Below are positions 8,767 to 16,223 of a stretch of 37,259 nucleotides of DNA, piece by piece. The notes below the pieces were generated by a model. It made no database searches and was not told the origin of the DNA. It was given only the letters and a program-made list of their open reading frames with translations. The position numbers and the translations under genes were made by a program. The stretch is from an uncultured Cytophagia bacterium (GTDB lineage: Bacteria; Zhuqueibacterota; Zhuqueibacteria; Residuimicrobiales; Residuimicrobiaceae): positions 1 to 37,259 of the forward strand of contig CAZKQR010000003.1 in the NCBI GenBank assembly GCA_964554965.1, in the 5' to 3' direction. Within the stretch, counting starts at the first letter, position 1. Each line of letters opens with the position of its first letter.

Positions 8767-9849
8767 CTAACGCCAGGTTGCCGGCTGCTGCCAGCGATGC
8801 CAGGCCACCCAGGTGTGATAGAGTAAAAAGAGCGGCTGCCAAGCCAGAAAGCCGGCCAGCGGCAGCTTTTGCTGTAAAGGCCGGGCGATGGAATAAAGGG
8901 CGAGGCCGTCCAGCAGCACTTTCAGCCCAAACGGCAGCATCAGCCTGGGAGTGAATAGAATTCCAACCAAAAAACCGGCCCACAGCCCAGCGTTCAGAAG
9001 GTGATAGACACCATAAACAGCCTGAGCCGGCAGCGGATAATGCGCGCCGGCGGAGAGATGACGTTTTTTCTGTTTTATAAATTCGTGCCAGTTCTGCGGG
9101 CCCTGGGCCGGCACCACCGAATCCGCAGACAGACAGTAGCGGATGCCGCCGCATTGGCTCAGCCGCTGGATGATGAAATCATCATCGCCCGACAGCGAGT
9201 CCGGCAAATCGGTAAAGCCCTGAATGCGCTGCCAGGCGGAGCGGCGATAGGCCAGATTGCGGCCGGAACCGGTGATCCCTATGCCGCGGCCGATGGTTCC
9301 GGCGGCCACCAGGGCGGCGGCAAGGCTGTCGGCCAGTAAAAAGCCGCGCCACCAGGAATCAGACGGACAGGTCTGTGGAGAAAAGCCGGCGACCAGACAG
9401 GTTTGATCCTGGAACCGGCTGGCCATGTTTCTTATCCATGCAGGCGGCGGCAGACAATCGGCATCGGTCAACAGCAGCCATTCGCCCTGCGCCTGTTCGA
9501 TCGCAGCGTGCAGGGCGGCCTTTTTCGAGCTCTTCCACGGCTGAGGCGGAGCAGCGGACAACAAGCGCCAATCCGGCCGGTCTTTGATGAACTCTTGAAC
9601 CCAAGCCCCGGTGCCGTCGGTGGAGTGATCATCTACGATGAGGACAGTATAATTGGGGTAATCCTGTTTCGCCAGCGCCTGCAGACAGAGCGGGATCCGG
9701 TTTCGTTCATTTTGTGCGGCAACAACGACGCTAACCGCTGCGTCGCTCAGGCCGCTGTCCAACCCAGCCTGTTTACGGTCGACCCCGGTGACCACCCAGA
9801 CCAGGATGATTCCATAGAGGAGCAGCAGCAGCCATAGCAATACCATCAT
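8767..9849 (-). CDS. membrane-embedded family 2 glycosyltransferase, paralog 4 (QxxRH type)
   Basis: ORF 8767..9948 trimmed to ATG 9849 (MMVLLWLLLLLYGIILVWVV...), with GGAG 10 nt upstream. Motifs: VSVVVAAQNE, VDDHSTDGT, SSKKAAL, TDADC, SGDDDFI, QKKRH (9058..9072). Confidence 0.8.
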   Translation of the reverse strand: MMVLLWLLLLLYGIILVWVVTGVDRKQAGLDSGLSDAAVSVVVAAQNERNRIPLCLQALAKQDYPNYTVLIVDDHSTDGTGAWVQEFIKDRPDWRLLSAAPPQPWKSSKKAALHAAIEQAQGEWLLLTDADCLPPPAWIRNMASRFQDQTCLVAGFSPQTCPSDSWWRGFLLADSLAAALVAAGTIGRGIGITGSGRNLAYRRSAWQRIQGFTDLPDSLSGDDDFIIQRLSQCGGIRYCLSADSVVPAQGPQNWHEFIKQKKRHLSAGAHYPLPAQAVYGVYHLLNAGLWAGFLVGILFTPRLMLPFGLKVLLDGLALYSIARPLQQKLPLAGFLAWQPLFLLYHTWVAWHRWQQPATWR

Positions 9850-9871
9850 ACCCGGATTCTCCGAACCGTGC

Positions 9872-9900
9872 AAAGTATCCAAAATATCCTTAACAATCAA
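9872..9900 (-). promoter_or_regulatory. sigma70-type promoter candidate for the glycosyltransferase operon
   Basis: Minus strand: TTGATT (9900..9895), 17 nt, TACTTT+G (9877..9871). It lies in an AT-rich island 22 nt upstream of the GT2 paralog 4 ATG. Confidence 0.5.
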
Positions 9901-9935
9901 GAAATTTATCGGCCGGTCCGGCGCAGGGAAATCGA

Positions 9936-9964
9936 TTGACAGAGCCAAATCAATTTTGTATTTT
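9936..9964 (+). promoter_or_regulatory. sigma70-type promoter candidate for slt-tex
   Basis: TTGACA (9936..9941), 17 nt, TATTTT (9959..9964). It is divergent from the GT operon promoter. Confidence 0.5.
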
Positions 9965-10018
9965 TACTCAGCTGAGATAAACCCGGCGACAGGTCGGTTC
10001 CTGCATAGGGAGAACAAA

Positions 10019-10720
10019 ATGGCCGTAAAAGAGGAAAAATTCCTGCACAACCTGCGCATCATCATCTGGGTGCTTTCCGCCCTGGTGCTGGTGGTGATTG
10101 CGGCAGTGGGCATCAAGTATACCTACAACAGCCGCTACCAGAAAAAAGTGGCGGAGCTGGAAGGGGTGATCAAAAGCCAGCGCTCTTCGATGAACATCGA
10201 AAGCCTGCGCCAGTATAACATTGTGCGCATTAGTGCCATCATCTCCCAGTACAACCGCATCATGCCCGGCCCGATCAAATACGACATCGCCCGTGAGATC
10301 TATGACGCCAGCCTTTTGCACACCAGCCTGGATGTACATCTGGTCTGCGCCATCATCACCTATGAGACCAACGGAACTTGGAATCCGGAGCTGATCTCCT
10401 CGGAGGGCGCTATGGGATTGATGCAGGTGATGCCGATCACCGGCATGTACATCGCCCGCTCCATGCATCTCAACTGGGTGACGCCGGATGAGATCCTGCT
10501 CAATCCGATTCACAACATCCGCATCGGCGCCCGCTATCTGGCCGCGCTGATCGATCTGTATGGCGTGGACGGCGCGCTGGCCGCCCGGCGTGTGGGCGAA
10601 TGGCGGGCGGCTCTGTGGATTAAAGGCGGCCATCGCAGCGGCACGCTGCCGGATGATGTGCAAAAGTATATGAATGACGTTTTGAAACAGTATGAAGCAT
10701 TAAAGCAGTTTAAAGGTTAG
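10019..10720 (+). CDS. lytic transglycosylase domain protein (SLT family), membrane anchored
   Basis: ORF 9956..10720 trimmed to ATG 10019 (GGGAG 7 nt upstream). It has an N-terminal TM segment, IIIWVLSALVLVVIAAV. The SLT motif is YETNGTWNPELISSEGAMGLMQVMP ... IRIGARYL. Confidence 0.8.
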   Translation: MAVKEEKFLHNLRIIIWVLSALVLVVIAAVGIKYTYNSRYQKKVAELEGVIKSQRSSMNIESLRQYNIVRISAIISQYNRIMPGPIKYDIAREIYDASLLHTSLDVHLVCAIITYETNGTWNPELISSEGAMGLMQVMPITGMYIARSMHLNWVTPDEILLNPIHNIRIGARYLAALIDLYGVDGALAARRVGEWRAALWIKGGHRSGTLPDDVQKYMNDVLKQYEALKQFKG

Positions 10721-10728
10721 GTCGGTCA

Positions 10729-12894
10729 ATGGATGACGCCTCGATGATTGCGGTCATCGCAGAGGAGCTTTCTCTGCGATGGCAACAGGTTAAAAACACG
10801 CTGGAGCTGTTGAATCAGGACAACACGGTTCCTTTTATCGCACGCTACCGCAAGGAGGTGACCGGCAGTCTGGACGAAGAGCAAATCCGGGCGATTGCCG
10901 AGCGCGGCAAATACCTGCGCACGCTGCAGGAGCGCAAACAGACGGTGCTGAGAAGCATCGAGGAGCAGGGCAAGCTCACCGCCGAGCTGGCGGTACGGAT
11001 TCAGGCGGCCGTCAAGCTGCAGGAGGTGGAAGATCTGTACCTGCCCTACAAGCCGAAACGGCGCACCCGCGCGACCATCGCGCGGGAGAAAGGCCTGGAA
11101 CCGTTGGCGCAGATGATCATGGCGCAGACGCTCGAGACCGGCGATCCTGAAGAGATCGCTGCGCCGTTTATCGACCCGGACAAGGGGGTGCTCTCTGCCA
11201 AAGAGGCGTTGGCCGGCGCCCGGGATATCGTGGCGGAGATGGTTTCCGATGAGGCCCAAGGCCGCGGCATCGTGCGGGAGCGCACGTTGGCAACCGGTGT
11301 GCTCAAGGCCGAGGCGATCGATCCTCAGCAGCCGGGCAATTATGAGCTTTATAAGGCCTTCGGCGAACCGGTCAAGACCGTGCCGCCCCATCGCATCCTG
11401 GCGGTCAATCGCGGCGAACGGGAGGATTTTCTCAGAGTCTGGATCGATGCGCCGGAGACCGAGATGGTGGCTGAGCTCGAAAACCTTCATCTCCATAACC
11501 CCCGTTCGATTTTCACCGACGATCTGCGCAGCGCCATCCAGGACAGCTATCATCGCTTGATCGCTCCTGCCATCGAGCGTGAAATCCGTGCGAGCTTGAC
11601 CGAACGGGCCGGCGACCACGCGATTCGCGTGTTCAGCGCCAATCTGCGCGCGCTGTTGATGGGGCCGCCCATGCGCGGCCAGGTCATCATGGGCATCGAT
11701 CCCGGTTTTCGCACCGGCTGTAAAGTGGCGGTGATCGACGCGACCGGCAAGTACCTGGAAGGCGACACCATTTTCCCGCACGAACCGCAAAAAAGGTGGC
11801 AAGAGGCTGCAGACCTGCTCGCCGAGCTTATCACCGATTATAACGTGGCCATTGTGGCCATCGGCAACGGCACCGCAGGACGGGAGACGGAAAAGCTGGT
11901 GGCCGAAGTGCTGTCGAAACTAAAAGGCAAGGCGGCTTACACCATCGTCAATGAGGCGGGCGCCTCGGTCTATTCCGCTTCGCCGGTGGCGAAGAAAGAG
12001 TTTCCCGATCTGGAAGCTTCGCAGCGCGGCAACATCTCCATCGCCCGGCGTTTGCTGGACCCTCTCTCCGAACTGGTAAAGATCGACCCTCAATCCATTG
12101 GCGTGGGTCTGTATCAGCACGATGTGGATCCGGCCAAACTCGCCGAATCCTTGGATCAGACCGTGGAGTCGTGTGTGAATCAGGTGGGCGTGGATCTCAA
12201 CACCGCCTCGGCCTCTTTACTCAAGTACGTCTCTGGCGTCAACAGCCGGCTGGCGGAGCAGATCGTGCGCCATCGGGAGGAACACGGGCCGTTCACAAGC
12301 CGTGCAGAGCTCGTGCAGGTCAAAGGGATGGGAGAGCACACGTTTGTTCAGGCAGCAGGATTTTTACGCATCCCCGACGCGGAACGGTTCTTTGATTCCA
12401 CCGCGGTTCATCCCGAGGCCTATGATGCCGCCCAATGCCTTTTGCAGGAGCTGGGCCTGGAGGTGCAAGACATCCAACGCGACGGAACGCTGCTGAACCG
12501 GCACCTGCAACAAAGCAAACAGACCGTGGACCAGTTGAGCCAACGCTGCGGCTGCGGACGGGAAACGCTGCTCGACATCATCAGTTGTCTGGAAAAACCG
12601 GATCGCGATCCGCGCGATGGCATGCCCAAACCCATTCTGCGCAGCGATGTGCTCTCCATCGATGATCTGGCCATCGGCATGGTGCTGAAAGGCACGGTGC
12701 GGAATGTGGTGGATTTCGGAGCTTTTGTGGACATCGGCGTCAAGGAGGACGGCCTGGTGCATCTCAGCCGTATGGCGAAAAAATATGTCAAAAATCCACT
12801 GGAGGTGGTCTCGGTCGGCCAGGTGGTCGAGGTCAAGGTGATCAGCATTGACAAGGAGCGCCATCGAATCGGCCTGAGCCTGGTTCTGGATTGA
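10729..12894 (+). CDS. tex: Tex-like RNA-binding transcription accessory protein
   Basis: 721 aa. It has the canonical Tex N-terminus (VPFIARYRKEVTGSLDEEQIR), a YqgF-like core, an HhH region and a C-terminal S1 domain (GMVLKGTVRNVVDFGAFVDIG...GLVHLS). Confidence 0.9.
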   Translation: MDDASMIAVIAEELSLRWQQVKNTLELLNQDNTVPFIARYRKEVTGSLDEEQIRAIAERGKYLRTLQERKQTVLRSIEEQGKLTAELAVRIQAAVKLQEVEDLYLPYKPKRRTRATIAREKGLEPLAQMIMAQTLETGDPEEIAAPFIDPDKGVLSAKEALAGARDIVAEMVSDEAQGRGIVRERTLATGVLKAEAIDPQQPGNYELYKAFGEPVKTVPPHRILAVNRGEREDFLRVWIDAPETEMVAELENLHLHNPRSIFTDDLRSAIQDSYHRLIAPAIEREIRASLTERAGDHAIRVFSANLRALLMGPPMRGQVIMGIDPGFRTGCKVAVIDATGKYLEGDTIFPHEPQKRWQEAADLLAELITDYNVAIVAIGNGTAGRETEKLVAEVLSKLKGKAAYTIVNEAGASVYSASPVAKKEFPDLEASQRGNISIARRLLDPLSELVKIDPQSIGVGLYQHDVDPAKLAESLDQTVESCVNQVGVDLNTASASLLKYVSGVNSRLAEQIVRHREEHGPFTSRAELVQVKGMGEHTFVQAAGFLRIPDAERFFDSTAVHPEAYDAAQCLLQELGLEVQDIQRDGTLLNRHLQQSKQTVDQLSQRCGCGRETLLDIISCLEKPDRDPRDGMPKPILRSDVLSIDDLAIGMVLKGTVRNVVDFGAFVDIGVKEDGLVHLSRMAKKYVKNPLEVVSVGQVVEVKVISIDKERHRIGLSLVLD

Positions 12895-13044
12895 CCCGCG
12901 GCCATGGTTCGCTGAGCCGAAGCGCAGCATCGTTTCTGCAGGCCGCGATCGTTTGTTGCAACAAGAGGTATTGCCGTTCAGCCTTTCACGGCAAGCTCTA
13001 AAGGTTACCGGGAAGATTATCGACGTCGGGAGAGAGTCGGAAGC

Positions 13045-13740
13045 ATGCTCTGCACAGTTATTGAACCCTCTTACTTTCTGCGGCAGGATGAATGCGCGAA
13101 AGCGCTGCAGGCGGACGTCGTCATCTGGGCGGATTCGTTTTCTTTTCGCCGGCACAGCACCATCAACCGCGCGGCGATCAAGACCGTGCACGGCGCTCAC
13201 TGGCTGACCATCCCGGTGTTGTCAAGAGGCCATGCCGGCCAATCCATCCGCGAAACCAGAATACAGAATCAGGAGGATTGGCGCACCGGCCATTTAAAGA
13301 CGTTGGAGATCAACTATCACCTCACGCCCTGGTACGATGCCCTGGCGGACAAAATCGCCGCTGCACTGCAAGATTCCTGGACGCATCTCAATCCCTATCT
13401 GCAGTGCCAGGTCGCGGTTCTAGCGCCGCCCAGACCGCTCTGCGCTGTCGGCAGCAGCACTCTGCAGCCTCACGCCGATCGCACGGATCGAGTGATCGCC
13501 TGGATGCGGCAGCTGCACGCGGACGCTTACCTGGTGCATGCGCATCAAGTTCCTCTGCTCGACGTGCCGCGTCTGCAGCAAAGTGGAATGGGTCTCTATG
13601 TCTTCCGGTTCACCGCGCCGGTCTATCAGCAGGCGTTCGCCGGACATGTTCCTCATCTGGCGATGATCGATCTGGTGTGCAACGAGGGTCCGGCGAGTTA
13701 CGGCCTTTTACAGCGGGCCGGACGTGTACAATCCCTGTAA
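13045..13740 (+). CDS. WbqC-like family protein
   Basis: N-terminal pattern IEPSYF...ADVVIWADSFSFRRHSTINRAAIKT..GAHWLTIPV...I.E..I....W...HLKTLEINY...PWY, as I recall for the WbqC family (PF08889). Function unknown. Confidence 0.65.
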   Translation: MLCTVIEPSYFLRQDECAKALQADVVIWADSFSFRRHSTINRAAIKTVHGAHWLTIPVLSRGHAGQSIRETRIQNQEDWRTGHLKTLEINYHLTPWYDALADKIAAALQDSWTHLNPYLQCQVAVLAPPRPLCAVGSSTLQPHADRTDRVIAWMRQLHADAYLVHAHQVPLLDVPRLQQSGMGLYVFRFTAPVYQQAFAGHVPHLAMIDLVCNEGPASYGLLQRAGRVQSL

Positions 13741-13752
13741 AGGAGAACGCTG

Positions 13753-14979
13753 ATGAAGCTTTCGCAATGGTTTGATCAAATCGACCGGTCATCCTCCCTG
13801 GTGATCGAATGGCAGAGGGCCATGACCGCCATTCCGGCGATGGGACCGGAGAGCGGCGGCGATGGTGAAAAGGAAAAAGCCGATTGGGTGAAGGGGTTGC
13901 TGCAAGAGATCGGATATGACGCTCTCAGCGACTATCCGGCCGCGGATTCCCGCGTCTCCTGCGGTTGGCGGCCCAATTTCCTCGTGCGCTGGCATGGACG
14001 CGACCGCAGTAAAACCGTATGGGTGATGACGCATCTGGATGTGGTGCCTCCGGGCGATCGCAAGCTGTGGAGCAGCGACCCGTTTACTTTGACCGTTGCA
14101 GGCGATCGCTTGATCGGCCGCGGTGTTGAAGACAATCAGCAGGGACTGGTGTCCGCTCTGCTGGCGGTGCGCGCACTGCGCGAGGCCGGCGTGACGCCCG
14201 CCTGCAACATCGGACTGGCCGTGGTGGCGGATGAGGAGAACGGCAGCGAATTCGGATTACACTATCTGCTCAAGCACCAGCGGAATGCGTTCGGCAACCA
14301 GGATCTGATTATTGTGCCGGACGCCGGCGACGAAAAAGGGTTGACCATCGAAATTGCGGAGAAGAGCATCCTCTGGCTGCAGGTTCAGGTGCAGGGGAGA
14401 CAATGTCACGCCTCTACTCCGGCGCAGGGCATCAATGCGCATCGCGCCGCCGCCCACCTGGCGGTCAAGCTGGATTCCCTGTACCAAACCTTCAACCAGT
14501 CTGATGCGCTCTTTGATCCGCCGGTCAGCACCTTTGAGCCGACGAAAAAAGAAGCCAATGTCCCCAACATCAACAGCATTCCCGGCGAGGATATTTTTTA
14601 TCTTGACAGCCGGGTGCTGCCGCACTATTCGCTGCAATCGGTGGAGGAACGGATTCAGGAGCTCTGTCGGGAGGTGGAAGCGCAGTTCGGCGTGACGATT
14701 GCGCTGTCGTCGAAACAGCGGGCTGCGGCGGCGCCGCCGACCGGGGCGAACGCGCCCGTGGTGCAGGCGTTGAAGCGCAGCATCGCTGCGGTCAAGGGGA
14801 GTGAGGCCAAATTGATCGGCATCGGCGGCGGGACCGTGGCCGCGGCTTTTCGCGCTGCCGGATTGCCGGCTGCCGTCTGGTCCACTCTGGAGGACACCGC
14901 CCACCAGCCCGATGAATCGTCGCTGATCTCCAACACCCTGTCGGATGCTAAAGTGCTGGCCCATCTGTTTATAGGCTGA
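13753..14979 (+). CDS. M20 family metallohydrolase (ArgE/DapE/LysK-like deacylase)
   Basis: AGGAG RBS. Motifs: THLDVVPPGD...W..DPF, GRGVEDNQQG and ADEENGS, typical of M20 dimetal deacylases. Substrate not assignable. Confidence 0.8.
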   Translation: MKLSQWFDQIDRSSSLVIEWQRAMTAIPAMGPESGGDGEKEKADWVKGLLQEIGYDALSDYPAADSRVSCGWRPNFLVRWHGRDRSKTVWVMTHLDVVPPGDRKLWSSDPFTLTVAGDRLIGRGVEDNQQGLVSALLAVRALREAGVTPACNIGLAVVADEENGSEFGLHYLLKHQRNAFGNQDLIIVPDAGDEKGLTIEIAEKSILWLQVQVQGRQCHASTPAQGINAHRAAAHLAVKLDSLYQTFNQSDALFDPPVSTFEPTKKEANVPNINSIPGEDIFYLDSRVLPHYSLQSVEERIQELCREVEAQFGVTIALSSKQRAAAAPPTGANAPVVQALKRSIAAVKGSEAKLIGIGGGTVAAAFRAAGLPAAVWSTLEDTAHQPDESSLISNTLSDAKVLAHLFIG

Positions 14980-15003
14980 TCCTTTCCGGACTGGGGCCGG
15001 CGG

Positions 15004-16143
15004 TTACTGCGAATGGCCGAACCATTTATCCAGAAAGCCGAATTTTTTACCAAACGGCAGCTCCAAAATCAGGCTAGAGTCGCTGAAGAAAAACAGATCT
15101 CCCACCTTGAGCCCCAGTTCGCTGCGCAGAGGTTTCCAGTTCTGCCGATAACATCCCTGATCCACCCGCGTGCCGTTGCTGTCTTTGATCACCAGGCTGA
15201 CCCGTTCCGGATGCTCTCGATCGATCATGAACGGAGAGTGGGTGGTGTAGATGATCTGATTTTTCATCGCCAGATCCTCGAGGACGTGGACCAGATCCCT
15301 CTGACCGGCCGGATGAAGATGGATGCCGGGCTCGTCGATGAGAAAGATGTACTCGTTGGCCTGGCCTTCATAGGTCTGGGACAGAACATGGATGTAGAAG
15401 GAGAGAAACCAGCGGAAGCCCAGGCTGCGGGATTCGGGCGTGTCAAAGACCGTGGTGCGGTCGCTGAAATCGATATAGAGCGAATGGCCGTTAACATTCA
15501 GCTTGACCTCCAAGGAGGGCTCTTGCGTCCAAACGCGGCGAAGCTGTTCCGAGATCAGCCGGCCCGCCTCTTCCAGCATCTTGCGGTTGCGCGCGCTGTC
15601 CTCAAACAGCGCTTCGCAGGGATCGAGGCCGCCGATCTTGAGCAGATTTCTTTCCGCGCTGAATTCGGCGGTGGCGGAGAGAAGCTGCTCCCTGTCGATG
15701 CGGTTTTTCAGCAGCCGGATGTCGTCAAAATAGAGAACCTGGGGCAGAGCGGCGATCAGCCTGCGACTGTCCACATTGCCGATCGGCTGTTGGTCGATGA
15801 ACAGGCGGTAATCCTGCCATGCCGGGCCTGACCGGCAGATCTGAAAGGAATCGGCTTCGCGAAAGGATTCGGATAACTGGCCCAGTGCCAGTTTGTTTTC
15901 TCTGGACAAGCCGGTCCATTCCAACGTTATCTCTGGATTTTTGCCTGAATAGTAGTGATGGGCATATTGACACGTCAACGAGGGATCAAACGGCTGGTCG
16001 GGCCGGAAGGCTTCGATGGATTTGAGCAGGTTGGTTTTGCCGCTCTCGTTGGCGCCGATGAGGATATTGATGCGGGGATCCAGATGCAGCGACACTTCGT
16101 TCAGAGACTTGAAGGCGCGCACAGATACTTTTTTGATCACCAT
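15004..16143 (-). CDS. AAA/ABC-type ATPase of the OLD/AAA_15-21 kind, with no nuclease domain
   Basis: ORF 15004..16500 trimmed to ATG 16143 (GGAG 6 nt upstream); the longer form would overlap nadB. It begins MVIKKVSVRAFKSL, with Walker A LIGANESGKTNLL. The Walker B/D-loop region is FLIDEPGIHLHPAGQRDL...IYTTHSPFMI. 379 aa, no Toprim or other effector domain. Confidence 0.75.
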   Translation of the reverse strand: MVIKKVSVRAFKSLNEVSLHLDPRINILIGANESGKTNLLKSIEAFRPDQPFDPSLTCQYAHHYYSGKNPEITLEWTGLSRENKLALGQLSESFREADSFQICRSGPAWQDYRLFIDQQPIGNVDSRRLIAALPQVLYFDDIRLLKNRIDREQLLSATAEFSAERNLLKIGGLDPCEALFEDSARNRKMLEEAGRLISEQLRRVWTQEPSLEVKLNVNGHSLYIDFSDRTTVFDTPESRSLGFRWFLSFYIHVLSQTYEGQANEYIFLIDEPGIHLHPAGQRDLVHVLEDLAMKNQIIYTTHSPFMIDREHPERVSLVIKDSNGTRVDQGCYRQNWKPLRSELGLKVGDLFFFSDSSLILELPFGKKFGFLDKWFGHSQ

Positions 16144-16223
16144 GGGAACTCCACAGTTCGCGTCCTGAATCAGAGGCCCGAGGCATTCTCGGCCGGCGCG
16201 ACGGCAACCGGCCTGAATCACGA

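Noticed and set aside
10726-11802. 358-aa minus-strand ORF overlapping tex. Similar long ORFs include 9968..10663(-), 12364..13200(-), 14257..14964(-), 15013..15831(+), 16698..17339(+), 23040..23690(+), 26755..27351(+), 27805..28359(-), 1286..2194(+) and 3575..4519(+).
   Set aside because: All lie antisense to genes with clear family motifs. Their translations are Arg/Gly/Ala/His-rich low-complexity sequence, typical of stop-poor antisense frames in GC-rich DNA. None has a plausible RBS or start context.
13092-13775. 227-aa + strand ORF in an alternative frame of the WbqC-like gene, running into the M20 gene start.
   Set aside because: Its translation is Arg/Ser/Ala-rich low-complexity sequence. 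The overlapping frame 13045..13740 carries the WbqC-like pattern.
16164-16220. 9-bp direct repeat CCTGAATCA (16164..16172 and 16212..16220) flanking a bulged hairpin between nadB and the ATPase gene. I considered it as a possible insertion scar or target-site duplication.
   Set aside because: The repeats do not flank the ATPase gene, and no matching copy lies near its 3' end (around 14980..15010). No mobile-element gene is nearby. It is mentioned only as context in the ATPase finding.
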